Assembly: GCA_964354085.1 (NCBI GenBank)
Contig: CAYGYA010000065.1
Coordinates: 1 to 61,427 of the forward strand
Length of the DNA: 61,427 bases
Direction: 5' to 3'
From: an uncultured Methanosarcinales archaeon
GTDB lineage: Archaea; Nanobdellota; Nanobdellia; Woesearchaeales; SM23-78
Shown here one piece after another: positions 27,841 to 37,018 of this stretch. The stretch's first letter is position 1, and each line of letters opens with the position of its first letter. A model generated the notes under the pieces. The model made no database searches. It worked only from the letters and a program-made list of their open reading frames with translations, and was not told the origin of the DNA. The position numbers and the translations under genes were made by a program.

Positions 27841-28281
27841 CTAAATCTCTCTCACAACTTCAATTGATAAATTGTTAGTGGCTGCGTTCTTTCTGATTAT
27901 TAGTTCCTTAATAGGCCTGCCTGGATTAAGGTCATTTACTGAGCTTATTATTGGCAGGAAAACCCTGGCCAGCTCCTCACGATCATAACCATCTTTGATA
28001 ATCAGCATATTATCTGGATAAGCACGAAGCTCAATCTGAATCCTGGCACTGTTAATCCTGTTAGGAATGATTATTTCTGTTACAAAATCTGATTCTGAAA
28101 GAGAGGCTGTTATGGCTTTCACCTTAATGTCCTTAGCCAGGTTTTCAGCAAGCCCTTTTGTAGATGATGCCTTGTCAACGCTGCCGGGAAAAAATCCAGC
28201 CAAGAATATGAATATGAAGAAGACAATGGTGAACAATACAATAAATTCAAAAGATATCTGTGCTTTTTTCATTCTAATCAA
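27841..28281 (-). CDS. Archaeal type IV pilin-like protein (Q+1, DUF361-type signal)
   Basis: N-terminus MIRMKKA/QISFEFIVLFTIVFFIFIFL. Confidence 0.7.
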   Translation of the reverse strand: MIRMKKAQISFEFIVLFTIVFFIFIFLAGFFPGSVDKASSTKGLAENLAKDIKVKAITASLSESDFVTEIIIPNRINSARIQIELRAYPDNMLIIKDGYDREELARVFLPIISSVNDLNPGRPIKELIIRKNAATNNLSIEVVREI

Positions 28282-28852
28282 TAAGTGGGATGATATTAAC
28301 CTTTACCTCGTTACTGCCAGTATTATCATATTTGGTCTCTAGCTTGAATTTCTTTTTTCCAGGATGAATCACACTATCCTTAAAATTATAGAAATTACAT
28401 GATGAAGAAGCACACTCAGCTATATACACTGAGCTGTCTGAGTTGTCAACATACATGGAATTAGGGTCAGATGCAAGAGGAACTGACATTAAAGGGACAT
28501 CTGATGGAATAAAATACTTGCTTTCTTCTTTTCCATTGTTTATTATAATTCCAATATAATAATACTTCCTGCCGGTGCCAGTCTGGTTGAATTCTAGTAT
28601 AAAAAACCTTTTTACATTATCAGGAACATCATAGGTTACTATTTTCTTTGAATAAAGTCCAAGATAATACATTTGTTTTGCATTTTCTACCAGGCCATTG
28701 CCCAGGTCATTTGCTTTCTGAGTGCTGACTGTGCCGTACACGCTCTTATTGGCAAAAGAGAAAAGAAAGATGGCAGAAGGAACAATTATTATCAGCAGGA
28801 TAAACCCAGTCAAAATCAGGTATTCCATGGATATTTGAGCCTGTTTTGACAT
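28274..28852 (-). CDS. Archaeal type IV pilin-like protein
   Basis: N-terminus MSKQA/QISMEYLILTGFILLIIIV. 8-nt overlap with the next gene. Confidence 0.7.
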   Translation of the reverse strand: MSKQAQISMEYLILTGFILLIIIVPSAIFLFSFANKSVYGTVSTQKANDLGNGLVENAKQMYYLGLYSKKIVTYDVPDNVKRFFILEFNQTGTGRKYYYIGIIINNGKEESKYFIPSDVPLMSVPLASDPNSMYVDNSDSSVYIAECASSSCNFYNFKDSVIHPGKKKFKLETKYDNTGSNEVKVNIIPLID

Positions 28853-28928
28853 GTATACCTACCTCTTTTTTTGCTTTACCACACCCTCACAAAAATTAAA
28901 AAAATACAATAAATATTTTTTATCAAGC

Positions 28929-29447
28929 TTATGAAGCTTTTATCCTAATAGAACCTGTTGATTCCTGAGTGATTGCGCCTTCAGTGAATTTGTACTGTGT
29001 TGTCAAAGTGCCCCTAAGCAGCTTGCCTGCCATTGCATCAGTAGTATCAATAGTCACCTTTGCAATTTCTCCGGGTGGCAATGAAACACAGTCAGCGCAC
29101 GTACCAATTTGTTCGTCATTGTATGTGGCGTCTGCATCAGCTGATGTTTTTGTACCGCTAAACTGCACTGATGATTTGTCTGTAACAGATATTTTTAATG
29201 TATCAACTGGTTTCTGTCCTATGTTCCTTATGCCAAGCTCAATTGTGTGGGTTGAGGCAACAAAACTCCATTCCTCGCACTTAAGGTCGCTACCAGTGCC
29301 TCCGAGGTCACACTTGTCAGGAAGATAGCTTCCCAAGTCCAGGATGTTGAAATACAGCAGTCCTCCAATCACAGAAAGCGTAACCAATATTACCAGACCG
29401 TAGATGATCATGGTTTCAATTGATAGCTGGGCTCTTTTGTTCTTCAT
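28929..29447 (-). CDS. Archaeal type IV pilin-like protein (candidate major pilin; has its own upstream AT-rich region)
   Basis: N-terminus MKNKRA/QLSIETMIIYGLVILVTLSVIGG. Preceded by a 177-nt intergenic region with TATA-like elements. Confidence 0.7.
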   Translation of the reverse strand: MKNKRAQLSIETMIIYGLVILVTLSVIGGLLYFNILDLGSYLPDKCDLGGTGSDLKCEEWSFVASTHTIELGIRNIGQKPVDTLKISVTDKSSVQFSGTKTSADADATYNDEQIGTCADCVSLPPGEIAKVTIDTTDAMAGKLLRGTLTTQYKFTEGAITQESTGSIRIKAS

Positions 29448-29543
29448 TTTTCACGCACCTCTCTAACTTTTTTAGTTCATTCTATTTATATTAACTATCT
29501 TACTATTTAAATTATTGATACTAACTATATTTAAAAGTTTCGC

Positions 29544-29621
29544 TTAAGTCTTTGCCAAAGACTTAACAGAAACAAATTAAGGAGGGTGTGCCAAAAACAT
29601 TTAGGTTTTTGTCAACCCTCC
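29544..29621 (-). terminator. Two perfect hairpins immediately downstream of the thiolase-like gene stop
   Basis: TTAAGTCTTT-gcc-AAAGACTTAA (29544-29566). GGAGGGT..CAAAAAC-atttag-GTTTTTG..ACCCTCC (29581-29621), beginning 3 nt after the stop codon at 29625-29627. A T5 run is embedded in the stem. Confidence 0.5.
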
Positions 29622-29624
29622 GAA

Positions 29625-30653
29625 TTATCTCCTGATAATAATGGCTCCTGATGAGCAGTCATAGTTGGCTGTTACCAAGGCTATGATGTCAAGGTTTCTT
29701 AGATTAGGGTTTTTCAGGGTATAATGTAGGTTGTATAGAATGTCTGCATGGCCCAAGTGACCGTTTTCTGATGAGGTGTTAAAAATCCTGTCAGGAGTGA
29801 TGTTGAGCTTTTTGCACAGCCTCTCTGTCTCTTCTAGTGAAAGCTGGGTTTTTATGAAATGGTTTATGTCAGAAACATCAAGATTTATTGATTTCATGCA
29901 TGACTCAATCACCTTGTAGGAATTCTCAACCCACCTTTCTGTTAGCTTGCTCATGCTCTGCTTTTGCCTTATGGTCTTAACCACAGCTATGCTCCTAAAC
30001 TTTTCAAAAACCCTGTGTAGCTTGCTATCCTTGGCAAGGCTTTCTGCTAATAATTCATCAATAAAGCTAGTATTATGGTCGATCACAAAATTAGAAGTAA
30101 GTATCTTGTTATTGTTAGCTTCCTTGCTTAGCACTATGGCTGCTGCTCCATCACCAAATATCATGTTTCTAACTCTTGCAGCTCCTCCTCCAAAAAGGTA
30201 CAGCTCATCAAACTCCTGGGCAGCAACTATGATGGCATTTTTAGTAGAGTAATTGTTTTTAATCATATCATTGGCTATCTGAATGCCTAGCAGGCCACCT
30301 ATAAGTCCTCCTTCAATGTCAAAGCCATAGGCTTCTGTCGCATTGATCTCCTGGATGATTTGCGAAGATATGGTTCTTGCGGTTTTCTGCCTTGTGATCC
30401 CTTTGCAGAATATTACCACATTAATGTCCTTAGGGCTCAAATTTGAGTCGCGCAAGGCTTCCTCTGTGGCCCTGATTGCCATGAAGAGCTCGCTTTCACT
30501 AGGGCTGGCCACATGTATTCTTTTTATGCCATGGTCCTTAAGAAGCTGAAGATAATTAAGATGATATTTCTGTGCGAGCTGCTTGACCTCTACTTCCTGC
30601 CTTGGGAAATAGGCTCCGCTTCCACTGATTCCAATCATATTTGAAGTTGGCAT
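29625..30653 (-). CDS. Thiolase-fold (KAS III / HMG-CoA synthase-like) protein lacking the expected catalytic Cys
   Basis: FabH-like N-terminus and FGDGAAAIVL motif. The nucleophile site reads FDIEGGLIGGLLG, with Leu where FabH has Cys by eye alignment to D.SAACSGF. Confidence 0.5.
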   Translation of the reverse strand: MPTSNMIGISGSGAYFPRQEVEVKQLAQKYHLNYLQLLKDHGIKRIHVASPSESELFMAIRATEEALRDSNLSPKDINVVIFCKGITRQKTARTISSQIIQEINATEAYGFDIEGGLIGGLLGIQIANDMIKNNYSTKNAIIVAAQEFDELYLFGGGAARVRNMIFGDGAAAIVLSKEANNNKILTSNFVIDHNTSFIDELLAESLAKDSKLHRVFEKFRSIAVVKTIRQKQSMSKLTERWVENSYKVIESCMKSINLDVSDINHFIKTQLSLEETERLCKKLNITPDRIFNTSSENGHLGHADILYNLHYTLKNPNLRNLDIIALVTANYDCSSGAIIIRR

Positions 30654-30712
30654 GTTGGGCTAACCTTTTAGCTGAACTATAAATATTTTTTTTCTTTGCA
30701 AAAAATCAAAAA

Positions 30713-31840
30713 TTAAATATTGAACATTGAGAAGAATAATTCGAATATGGTCAAACATATCCTGTAGCTGATGACTGAGCAGGCAGCAAAGAGCACCACT
30801 TGCTTGTAACCTTCCTTGATAGAGCCTGTTTTTATTATTGATATTATCATCGCAGTGCACACTGACATTATGATCAGGGCTAGGGCTGAGAACCACATGA
30901 AATGGCTGTTATTTACTCTAACTGCGTTTATGCTGATGGGGAGGATTACATTGGATGAAACCTCTGAAATAGTGCCTGTTATTGACTTGATGAGGGAAAT
31001 AAGGTGATAGGACAACGCAAACATGGCAGGAGCAATCAATATGGTCACAATTGACAGGAATATCCTGTAGCTGGTAACGCTTGCAACAACTTTCTTTTTA
31101 AGATATCTTATCATCTCCAGGTTTTCATAAAGCCTGTCAACTAGTTGGGATGTGGTTCCTCCTTTTTTCCAGCTGGTAACCATTAGGTCAAAGGTCTCAT
31201 TGATAATATCAGAATCAAAGCTTTCTGTGAATTCCTTTATAGCGACTTCGATATCTATTCCGAGCCTGACTTTCTTGTATACCCTCTCCATTTCTTGGCC
31301 AAGATAGCCGAATTCTTTTTCTGTTGAATTGCCAATTGCCTCATCCAAGTTTTGGCCTGATTTCAGGTTAAGCGCGAGCTCTGAGAGGAATTCGGGAAAG
31401 ATTTCTTCCATTTGCCTGACTTTATAATAGATCTTTGCTTCAAGATACAGTTTATACATGATGATGATGGCCAGGGAGATAATGGTAAATATGACTGGCA
31501 GCAACAAAAGGAACAGGAACGGGATAGCGAATGAGGCATTTACAAATAATTCTGTTGTCATTAGAATTACATCAAGGATAACTGATATAAGAAAAATTAT
31601 GATTGTTGCCACGCCATATGAAAAGTAAGGCACTCCTTCTATGCTTGCCCGCTCGAGGTATTTCAAAACACCTTTCCTGTATTTCTTAGGGATTATCCCA
31701 TCCCCCAGGCCCTCAATAAATAATCTAAGTTTACTTTTTCTTTTAGGTTCAGAATCCTTCTTAGTAGGATTATCATCTTTTTTATCAGGGTTATCGCTAA
31801 GGTTTTTTTCATCCCTGTTGACAAGGTCATCTTTACTCAT
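30713..31840 (-). CDS. Type II secretion system F-domain membrane protein (TadC/FlaJ-like)
   Basis: T2SS-F style cytoplasmic domain (LKSGQNLDEAI...) flanked by TM helices. 4-nt overlap with the upstream gene. Confidence 0.75.
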   Translation of the reverse strand: MSKDDLVNRDEKNLSDNPDKKDDNPTKKDSEPKRKSKLRLFIEGLGDGIIPKKYRKGVLKYLERASIEGVPYFSYGVATIIIFLISVILDVILMTTELFVNASFAIPFLFLLLLPVIFTIISLAIIIMYKLYLEAKIYYKVRQMEEIFPEFLSELALNLKSGQNLDEAIGNSTEKEFGYLGQEMERVYKKVRLGIDIEVAIKEFTESFDSDIINETFDLMVTSWKKGGTTSQLVDRLYENLEMIRYLKKKVVASVTSYRIFLSIVTILIAPAMFALSYHLISLIKSITGTISEVSSNVILPISINAVRVNNSHFMWFSALALIIMSVCTAMIISIIKTGSIKEGYKQVVLFAACSVISYRICLTIFELFFSMFNI

Positions 31841-32661
31841 AGTTTCACCAGCGGTCGCGTGCTTTTGAATATCCTTACAAAGAACAGCTGCAGAATCAGG
31901 ATTAGGATTAGCAGGATGAACAGGCTTGGAAAGAATTCCACTTTTATCCCTGCTACAGACATGATTATTACCACTCCGACAATGCCAATTGCTGGGAGTA
32001 TGGTGCCAAAAATCATGTAAAACATTGAGAGAGGGTTAAGCCTCTTCTCGTACTGTTCAATCTCGACAATCTTATTCTGGGAAAGCTCTTGCAGCGTAGC
32101 AAGCAGGTTCTTTTGTATGTCTGTCCCTGTCTTCAAAGACTTCTTGATGGGCTCCATGACCATGCGAAAGCTGTCGCTCGGAGTATATTTGATAGCATCC
32201 TCTATGGCTTGGTCAACATTTTTTCCAAGGTATATTTCTGAAGCTATTTTCCCAAAATACTTGCTTGACTTGGCTTTTGTATAAGAAACGCTTTCTAGCG
32301 CAGAAATAAGTGAGTTGCCTGCTTCAAGGAGAGTGAGAAGCATCCTGCTCGGAACAAAAATGTCGCTCTCAATCTCCTGTCTTACCTTGGCTATGTTGAG
32401 CTTAGGTATGCTTTTGAACATTAGAAAAAAGACAATAAAAAAGAAAGCAAAAGCAGGAATGGTCAATAGGTAAAGCCCTTGTTTAGACAGCACAAAAAAT
32501 ACCACAACTGAAAAGTTTAATGCAAATATGAAAGCCAGAATTAAGCACTTGTTGATAAATGAAACTACATTAGCATCCATTTGTGCTAATTTAAGGTTTT
32601 CCTTAAGCTTAGGAAAGAGCCTGTTGATAAAATCTTCAGTCTGATCCTGTATTTTTATCAC
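31837..32661 (-). CDS. Type II secretion system F-domain membrane protein (TadB-like)
   Basis: LLEAGNSLISALESV... domain plus TM helices. Overlaps the ATPase gene by 26 nt. Confidence 0.75.
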   Translation of the reverse strand: MIKIQDQTEDFINRLFPKLKENLKLAQMDANVVSFINKCLILAFIFALNFSVVVFFVLSKQGLYLLTIPAFAFFFIVFFLMFKSIPKLNIAKVRQEIESDIFVPSRMLLTLLEAGNSLISALESVSYTKAKSSKYFGKIASEIYLGKNVDQAIEDAIKYTPSDSFRMVMEPIKKSLKTGTDIQKNLLATLQELSQNKIVEIEQYEKRLNPLSMFYMIFGTILPAIGIVGVVIIMSVAGIKVEFFPSLFILLILILILQLFFVRIFKSTRPLVKL

Positions 32662-34534
32662 CGCCGCTGAAAAGTTTTTTCATAAGATAATCCTTGTTGA
32701 TATAGTAGTAGCTTATCATAAGAGCTATTTCTTCATTGTTAGTTATCTTGTTGTCTGTCAGGTATTTCAGAATCTTTATCTTGTCATTGATTTCCTTGTC
32801 AACCTCTGACTTGTCCAAGCCTGCAAAGAGCTCTATAGTCTTGTAGAACATGTAAGGATCCTTGACTTTCAGGAGCTTGTCTGCCTTAAAATTATAGTTG
32901 AACAGCAGAGTATAGTCCCCGTTTTCCAGCACTTCAGCCACTTGGAAGGTTCTTCTGGTGTTAGTTCTCCTGTTCCTGTTCTGCACAAATATCAGGTCAA
33001 TTGCTCCGAGAAGAGATTTGGCTATTCCAATTGGCTCTGTGGTGAGCCTGATGATAGCCTCATTCACGGTGTTGGCGTGCAGAGTAGCATATACACTATG
33101 ACCTGTGTGCATTGCCTCGAACAAAACCTCTGCCTCTTTTTTTCTCCTTATCTCTCCGACAATAATCCTGTCAGGCCTCATTCTTAATGAGTTAATAATA
33201 AGGTCAAGCATAGATATCTCTCCCTTGCCTTCAGGATTAGGAAGCCTGGTCTCCATAGGCACCCAGTGCAAAGTTCTTGGAAGCCTGATTTCTCTTGTAT
33301 CCTCTATGCTTACAATTCTCTGAGTCGGCGGGATAAATATGCTGAAAACATTCAAGGTTGAGGTTTTACCAGAGCCAGTTCCTCCAACAATAAGTATTGA
33401 GAGCTCGTACTGCATGGCTGTCCATACCAAAGCTGCAGTGTAATAATCAATTGTATTCGTCATGATGAAATCAGTGATTGACCATGGAGACTCTGCGAAC
33501 TTCCTGATAGTCATGGTATTGCCCTTGGTGCTTATGGGAGCAAGAGTAGCATTGACCCTGTCCCCTGATTTTAAGTGGGCGTCCATTAATGGTGTGAGTG
33601 TGGTTATCATCTTGTCCACGTTCCTGCCTGCAAGAGTGGAGTAATGAACAATCTCTGCTTCATCATCAATAATGACATTAGTCTCAAGCCAGCCGTATTT
33701 CTTATGGTAAACCCATATTGGCTCAAAAGCATTGTTAATAACAACCTCTTCAAGATGCTTGTCTCTCAGCAAGAACTCAATCTCACCCATGCCAAGGCTA
33801 GTTAGGACAATATAGTCGCTGAAAATATGAATCCTGTCCTCTGAAAGGTCTGGGAAAACCTCTTTCATTATTCCAAGGATTTTTCTCTTATATTCATTCC
33901 TTACCATGTTCTCTTCTTCATGGCTCTTGAAGACAATGTTAAAAGTAATCTTGCTAATAACATCCTCCTTGATCTTATCAATAACCATGCGTGTTATGTC
34001 GCTTATCCTTAGCAACGATATCATGTAGAAAGGCACAGGCTCAAGCTCCTGCTTAACAATTTCAACCTCAACCACCATGCTCTCGACATCAATGTTATAG
34101 CTGTCAATCTTGGTGATAGGGTCTTTTATTTTCTTGTCAAAGCTTTTCATGAAATTCTCAACATAGTACTTGCGAACACTAACATAAGTTTCCTTGGTCT
34201 CAGCATCATCCCTGTGCTTAAGATACCTATACAAGTCATAAATGAGCTTGTTTGCTGCCTTGACGTTCTGGAAGCTTTTGAAAAACTTTAACTTATTGAC
34301 CAGTTCGGTCTCATCAACATGCTTGAACTCTGGCTCAGGAGTCTTAACATACTTAATAGCAGCGCCCTTGACATTCTTATAATCAAGCTCAACAAAGCCT
34401 AATTGCTCAAGATACCTGGCAATCTTAATCACGCTAGATGATGGAATGCCCAATTCCTTTGCCAGGCTAAGCACATAAGCCTTCTTTTTTTGTTCAACAA
34501 TATCGAACAGAGTATCTATTTTAGTCAAGAACAT
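32636..34534 (-). CDS. Type II/IV secretion ATPase (archaeal FlaI/PilB family) with N-terminal wHTH-like extension
   Basis: Walker A GGTGSGKTSTLN. SIEDTREI, PDRIIVGEIR and HTGHSVYATLHAN boxes. Confidence 0.9.
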   Translation of the reverse strand: MFLTKIDTLFDIVEQKKKAYVLSLAKELGIPSSSVIKIARYLEQLGFVELDYKNVKGAAIKYVKTPEPEFKHVDETELVNKLKFFKSFQNVKAANKLIYDLYRYLKHRDDAETKETYVSVRKYYVENFMKSFDKKIKDPITKIDSYNIDVESMVVEVEIVKQELEPVPFYMISLLRISDITRMVIDKIKEDVISKITFNIVFKSHEEENMVRNEYKRKILGIMKEVFPDLSEDRIHIFSDYIVLTSLGMGEIEFLLRDKHLEEVVINNAFEPIWVYHKKYGWLETNVIIDDEAEIVHYSTLAGRNVDKMITTLTPLMDAHLKSGDRVNATLAPISTKGNTMTIRKFAESPWSITDFIMTNTIDYYTAALVWTAMQYELSILIVGGTGSGKTSTLNVFSIFIPPTQRIVSIEDTREIRLPRTLHWVPMETRLPNPEGKGEISMLDLIINSLRMRPDRIIVGEIRRKKEAEVLFEAMHTGHSVYATLHANTVNEAIIRLTTEPIGIAKSLLGAIDLIFVQNRNRRTNTRRTFQVAEVLENGDYTLLFNYNFKADKLLKVKDPYMFYKTIELFAGLDKSEVDKEINDKIKILKYLTDNKITNNEEIALMISYYYINKDYLMKKLFSGGDKNTGSD

Positions 34535-34701
34535 AATATTCGCCTCTTTTCCCTCTTTTTAATATTATAATAGCTATACCCCTTATTTCTGAATTCAAGG
34601 TATATATATTTTGCGGTTGATAATCATTACTCGTTCTACACTATTTATCGTTAACTTTTTAACTTAATCTTAATTCACTATTTTTATTCGGGGGTGGTAT
34701 T

Positions 34702-34956
34702 TTGGCTGATGAAAGAGAAGTTGGGAAAGTATCGCATTATTTCAGCAAGATTGGCGTGGCTGTGATTGAGCTGATAGATGTCTTAAAAGTAGGTCAGACT
34801 ATTCATATCAAGGGGGCTACTACTGACTTCACCCAGAAGGTTGACTCTATGCAGATTGAGCACGTTGGAGTCAAAGAGGCTAAGAAAGGAGAAAGCATTG
34901 GCATGAAAGTCCAGGACCATGTCAGGGAGCATGACCAGGTCTTTGTTGTGGAGTAA
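34702..34956 (+). CDS. Small EF-Tu domain 2-like beta-barrel protein (translation elongation factor-like)
   Basis: 84 aa with GKVSHYFSKIGVAVIEL...GQTIHIKG...MQIEH..V.EAKKGESIG. TTG start preceded by GGGGTGGT. Confidence 0.55.
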   Translation: MADEREVGKVSHYFSKIGVAVIELIDVLKVGQTIHIKGATTDFTQKVDSMQIEHVGVKEAKKGESIGMKVQDHVREHDQVFVVE

Positions 34957-35029
34957 TAAAATAATTTTTTTTGTAGTATTCTTTTTCATTAAACTTATAA
35001 ATACAAACTAGCTTATTGTATCTTGATAA

Positions 35030-35962
35030 ATGCAGAGAATCGTTGTAATCGGAGGGGGAACAGGCTCTTACACTGTTCTAAGAGGATTAAAAAAGTATAG
35101 TGTTGAGCTTACTGCAGTTATTAACATGATGGATTCTGGCGGCAGCGCAGGCAGGCTCAGGGATGAGTTCGGCTTTCTGCCAGCAGGTGATGTAAGGAGA
35201 GGACTTATTGCTCTCAGCCCTGAGACAAGCATGCTTAGGAAGCTCTTTGAGTACAGGTTCAGTAAGGGCAAAGGTCTTGAAGGCCATAGTTTTGGCAACT
35301 TATTCTTGACTGCTTTACGAGATATCACTGGCAATGATGCCAATGCTATTGAAGAAGCAGGCCATATACTTAATATTAAAGGCAGGGTTTTGCCTGTTAC
35401 AACAACTGATTCTCATGTTGGAGCAATTCTTGAAAACGGCCAGGTGATTGTAAGCGAGGTAAACCTAGTAAGCCCAAAGCATGACTCTAAGCTTAGGATA
35501 AAGAAAGTTTTCCTCGTGCCAAAGGCAAAGGCTTACAAGCCAGCGATAGATAGTATACTCAAAGCTGACAAGGTAGTGATAGGACCTGGTGGACTGCATT
35601 ACAGCCTATTGCCAAGCATATTAGTCAGTGGTATAGTAGCTGCTTTGAAGAAGACCAAGGCTAAGAAGATTTATGTTTGCAACATTATGACCAAGGCAGG
35701 AGATGCAACTGGCTTCAAAGCTTCTGATTATGTGGCTGAAATGGAGAAATACCTGGGTAAAGGAGTAATTGATTATGTCATCTGCAACAACAAGAAACCT
35801 TCTGAGAACCTACTGAAAGAGTATGAGAAGGAAAAAGCAGAGTTTGTTGAGCCTGATCTTAAGAATCACAGGTTCCAGGTGATAAAAACCGATCTTCTTG
35901 ATAATATTCACCTTGCAAGGCATAACCCTGACAAGCTTGCAAAAGCAATCATGAGCATCTGA
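35030..35962 (+). CDS. YvcK/CofD-family (UPF0052, 2-phospho-L-lactate transferase-like) protein
   Basis: IVVIGGGTGSYTVLRGLK ... MMDSGGSAGRLRDEFGFLPAGDVRR. Confidence 0.8.
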   Translation: MQRIVVIGGGTGSYTVLRGLKKYSVELTAVINMMDSGGSAGRLRDEFGFLPAGDVRRGLIALSPETSMLRKLFEYRFSKGKGLEGHSFGNLFLTALRDITGNDANAIEEAGHILNIKGRVLPVTTTDSHVGAILENGQVIVSEVNLVSPKHDSKLRIKKVFLVPKAKAYKPAIDSILKADKVVIGPGGLHYSLLPSILVSGIVAALKKTKAKKIYVCNIMTKAGDATGFKASDYVAEMEKYLGKGVIDYVICNNKKPSENLLKEYEKEKAEFVEPDLKNHRFQVIKTDLLDNIHLARHNPDKLAKAIMSI

Positions 35963-35971
35963 GGCAGGGGG

Positions 35972-36601
35972 ATGATAAAGCTTCTGATATTTGACCTTGA
36001 CAATACATTATTTGACACTTACAGCCAACTTGGAATCAAGGTTCTTGACAAAATGATTATTCAGATGAGAAAACTTGGATTGACAAAAGAGCAAGAGCAA
36101 CTGTTAAGGAAAAAATATATTATCACGGGCTTTAGGATTATAGCAAAGGAGTTAGGCTTGTCAGAAGAAGTAAAGAATATTGGCATGCAGACTTACAGGG
36201 GCATGGATCTTTTGCACATAACTCCTTATGAAGATGTCAAATTGTTAGATGAGTTCAATCAGAAAAAAATACTTGTGACATCTGGGCTTGAGGAAGTGCA
36301 ACTAAAAAAGGTCAAGATTTTAAAGATTGGAGACTTATTCGAAGAAGTGATTGTTGACGAGTCAAGCAGCTATGAGAACAAGAAGAAAATATTTGCAGAT
36401 ATAATGAGGAAACATAAATTAAAGCCGAAAGAAGTGATGATTATCGGAGATAATCCTGAGTCAGAGATAGCTGCTGGCAATGCACTTGGTATGATAACAG
36501 TCCAGATTCTAAGAAGGCCTGACATGCTCAAAGGAAAGGCTGATTATCATATTACTGAGTTGCATGAGTTAGAAAAAATTCTTAAAGGTGCTGAAAAATA
36601 A
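35972..36601 (+). CDS. HAD-superfamily hydrolase
   Basis: Motif I LIFDLDNTLFDT; motif III/IV K...MIIGDN. Confidence 0.75.
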   Translation: MIKLLIFDLDNTLFDTYSQLGIKVLDKMIIQMRKLGLTKEQEQLLRKKYIITGFRIIAKELGLSEEVKNIGMQTYRGMDLLHITPYEDVKLLDEFNQKKILVTSGLEEVQLKKVKILKIGDLFEEVIVDESSSYENKKKIFADIMRKHKLKPKEVMIIGDNPESEIAAGNALGMITVQILRRPDMLKGKADYHITELHELEKILKGAEK

Positions 36602-36650
36602 AAATAATTTACTTTGCAAGATAAGCTATCTGCCAGAAGAGATTGCGTGA

Positions 36651-37004
36651 TTAATGCTTCTTGTAGCCGAAGCGCTTGTTGTATTTCTTGTGATCTATAA
36701 TTTCTATTATGAAGGCTATTATCTCTATCTCGTTCTTATTTTCATTAAGGGAATAAAGCATCCTCCAGAATATCGGAAGCTCGATCCGAAACAAGGTTTT
36801 TACTTTGTACTTATCTTTGTAATACTCAGGAATTAGCCTTTTTGGCACATTATCACCGTAATAAGGTTTGTTTTTTATTACTTCGATTTTGTCCCTTATC
36901 GCGTCGAAGAGCATTCTCTCCTTTTTAGAGGATAATGATTTCTCTGCCAGAAAAGAGAACATGCCTTTTGCTTCATCTGAGAATTTTATGCTTGCCGAAA
37001 TCAT
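36651..37004 (-). CDS. RelE/ParE-like toxin (tentative)
   Basis: C-terminal pattern LFRIELPIFWRMLYSL...EIEIIAFIIEIIDHKKYNKRF resembles RelE/ParE family cores. Confidence 0.45.
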   Translation of the reverse strand: MISASIKFSDEAKGMFSFLAEKSLSSKKERMLFDAIRDKIEVIKNKPYYGDNVPKRLIPEYYKDKYKVKTLFRIELPIFWRMLYSLNENKNEIEIIAFIIEIIDHKKYNKRFGYKKH

Positions 37005-37018
37005 TTATTCTTAGAAGA

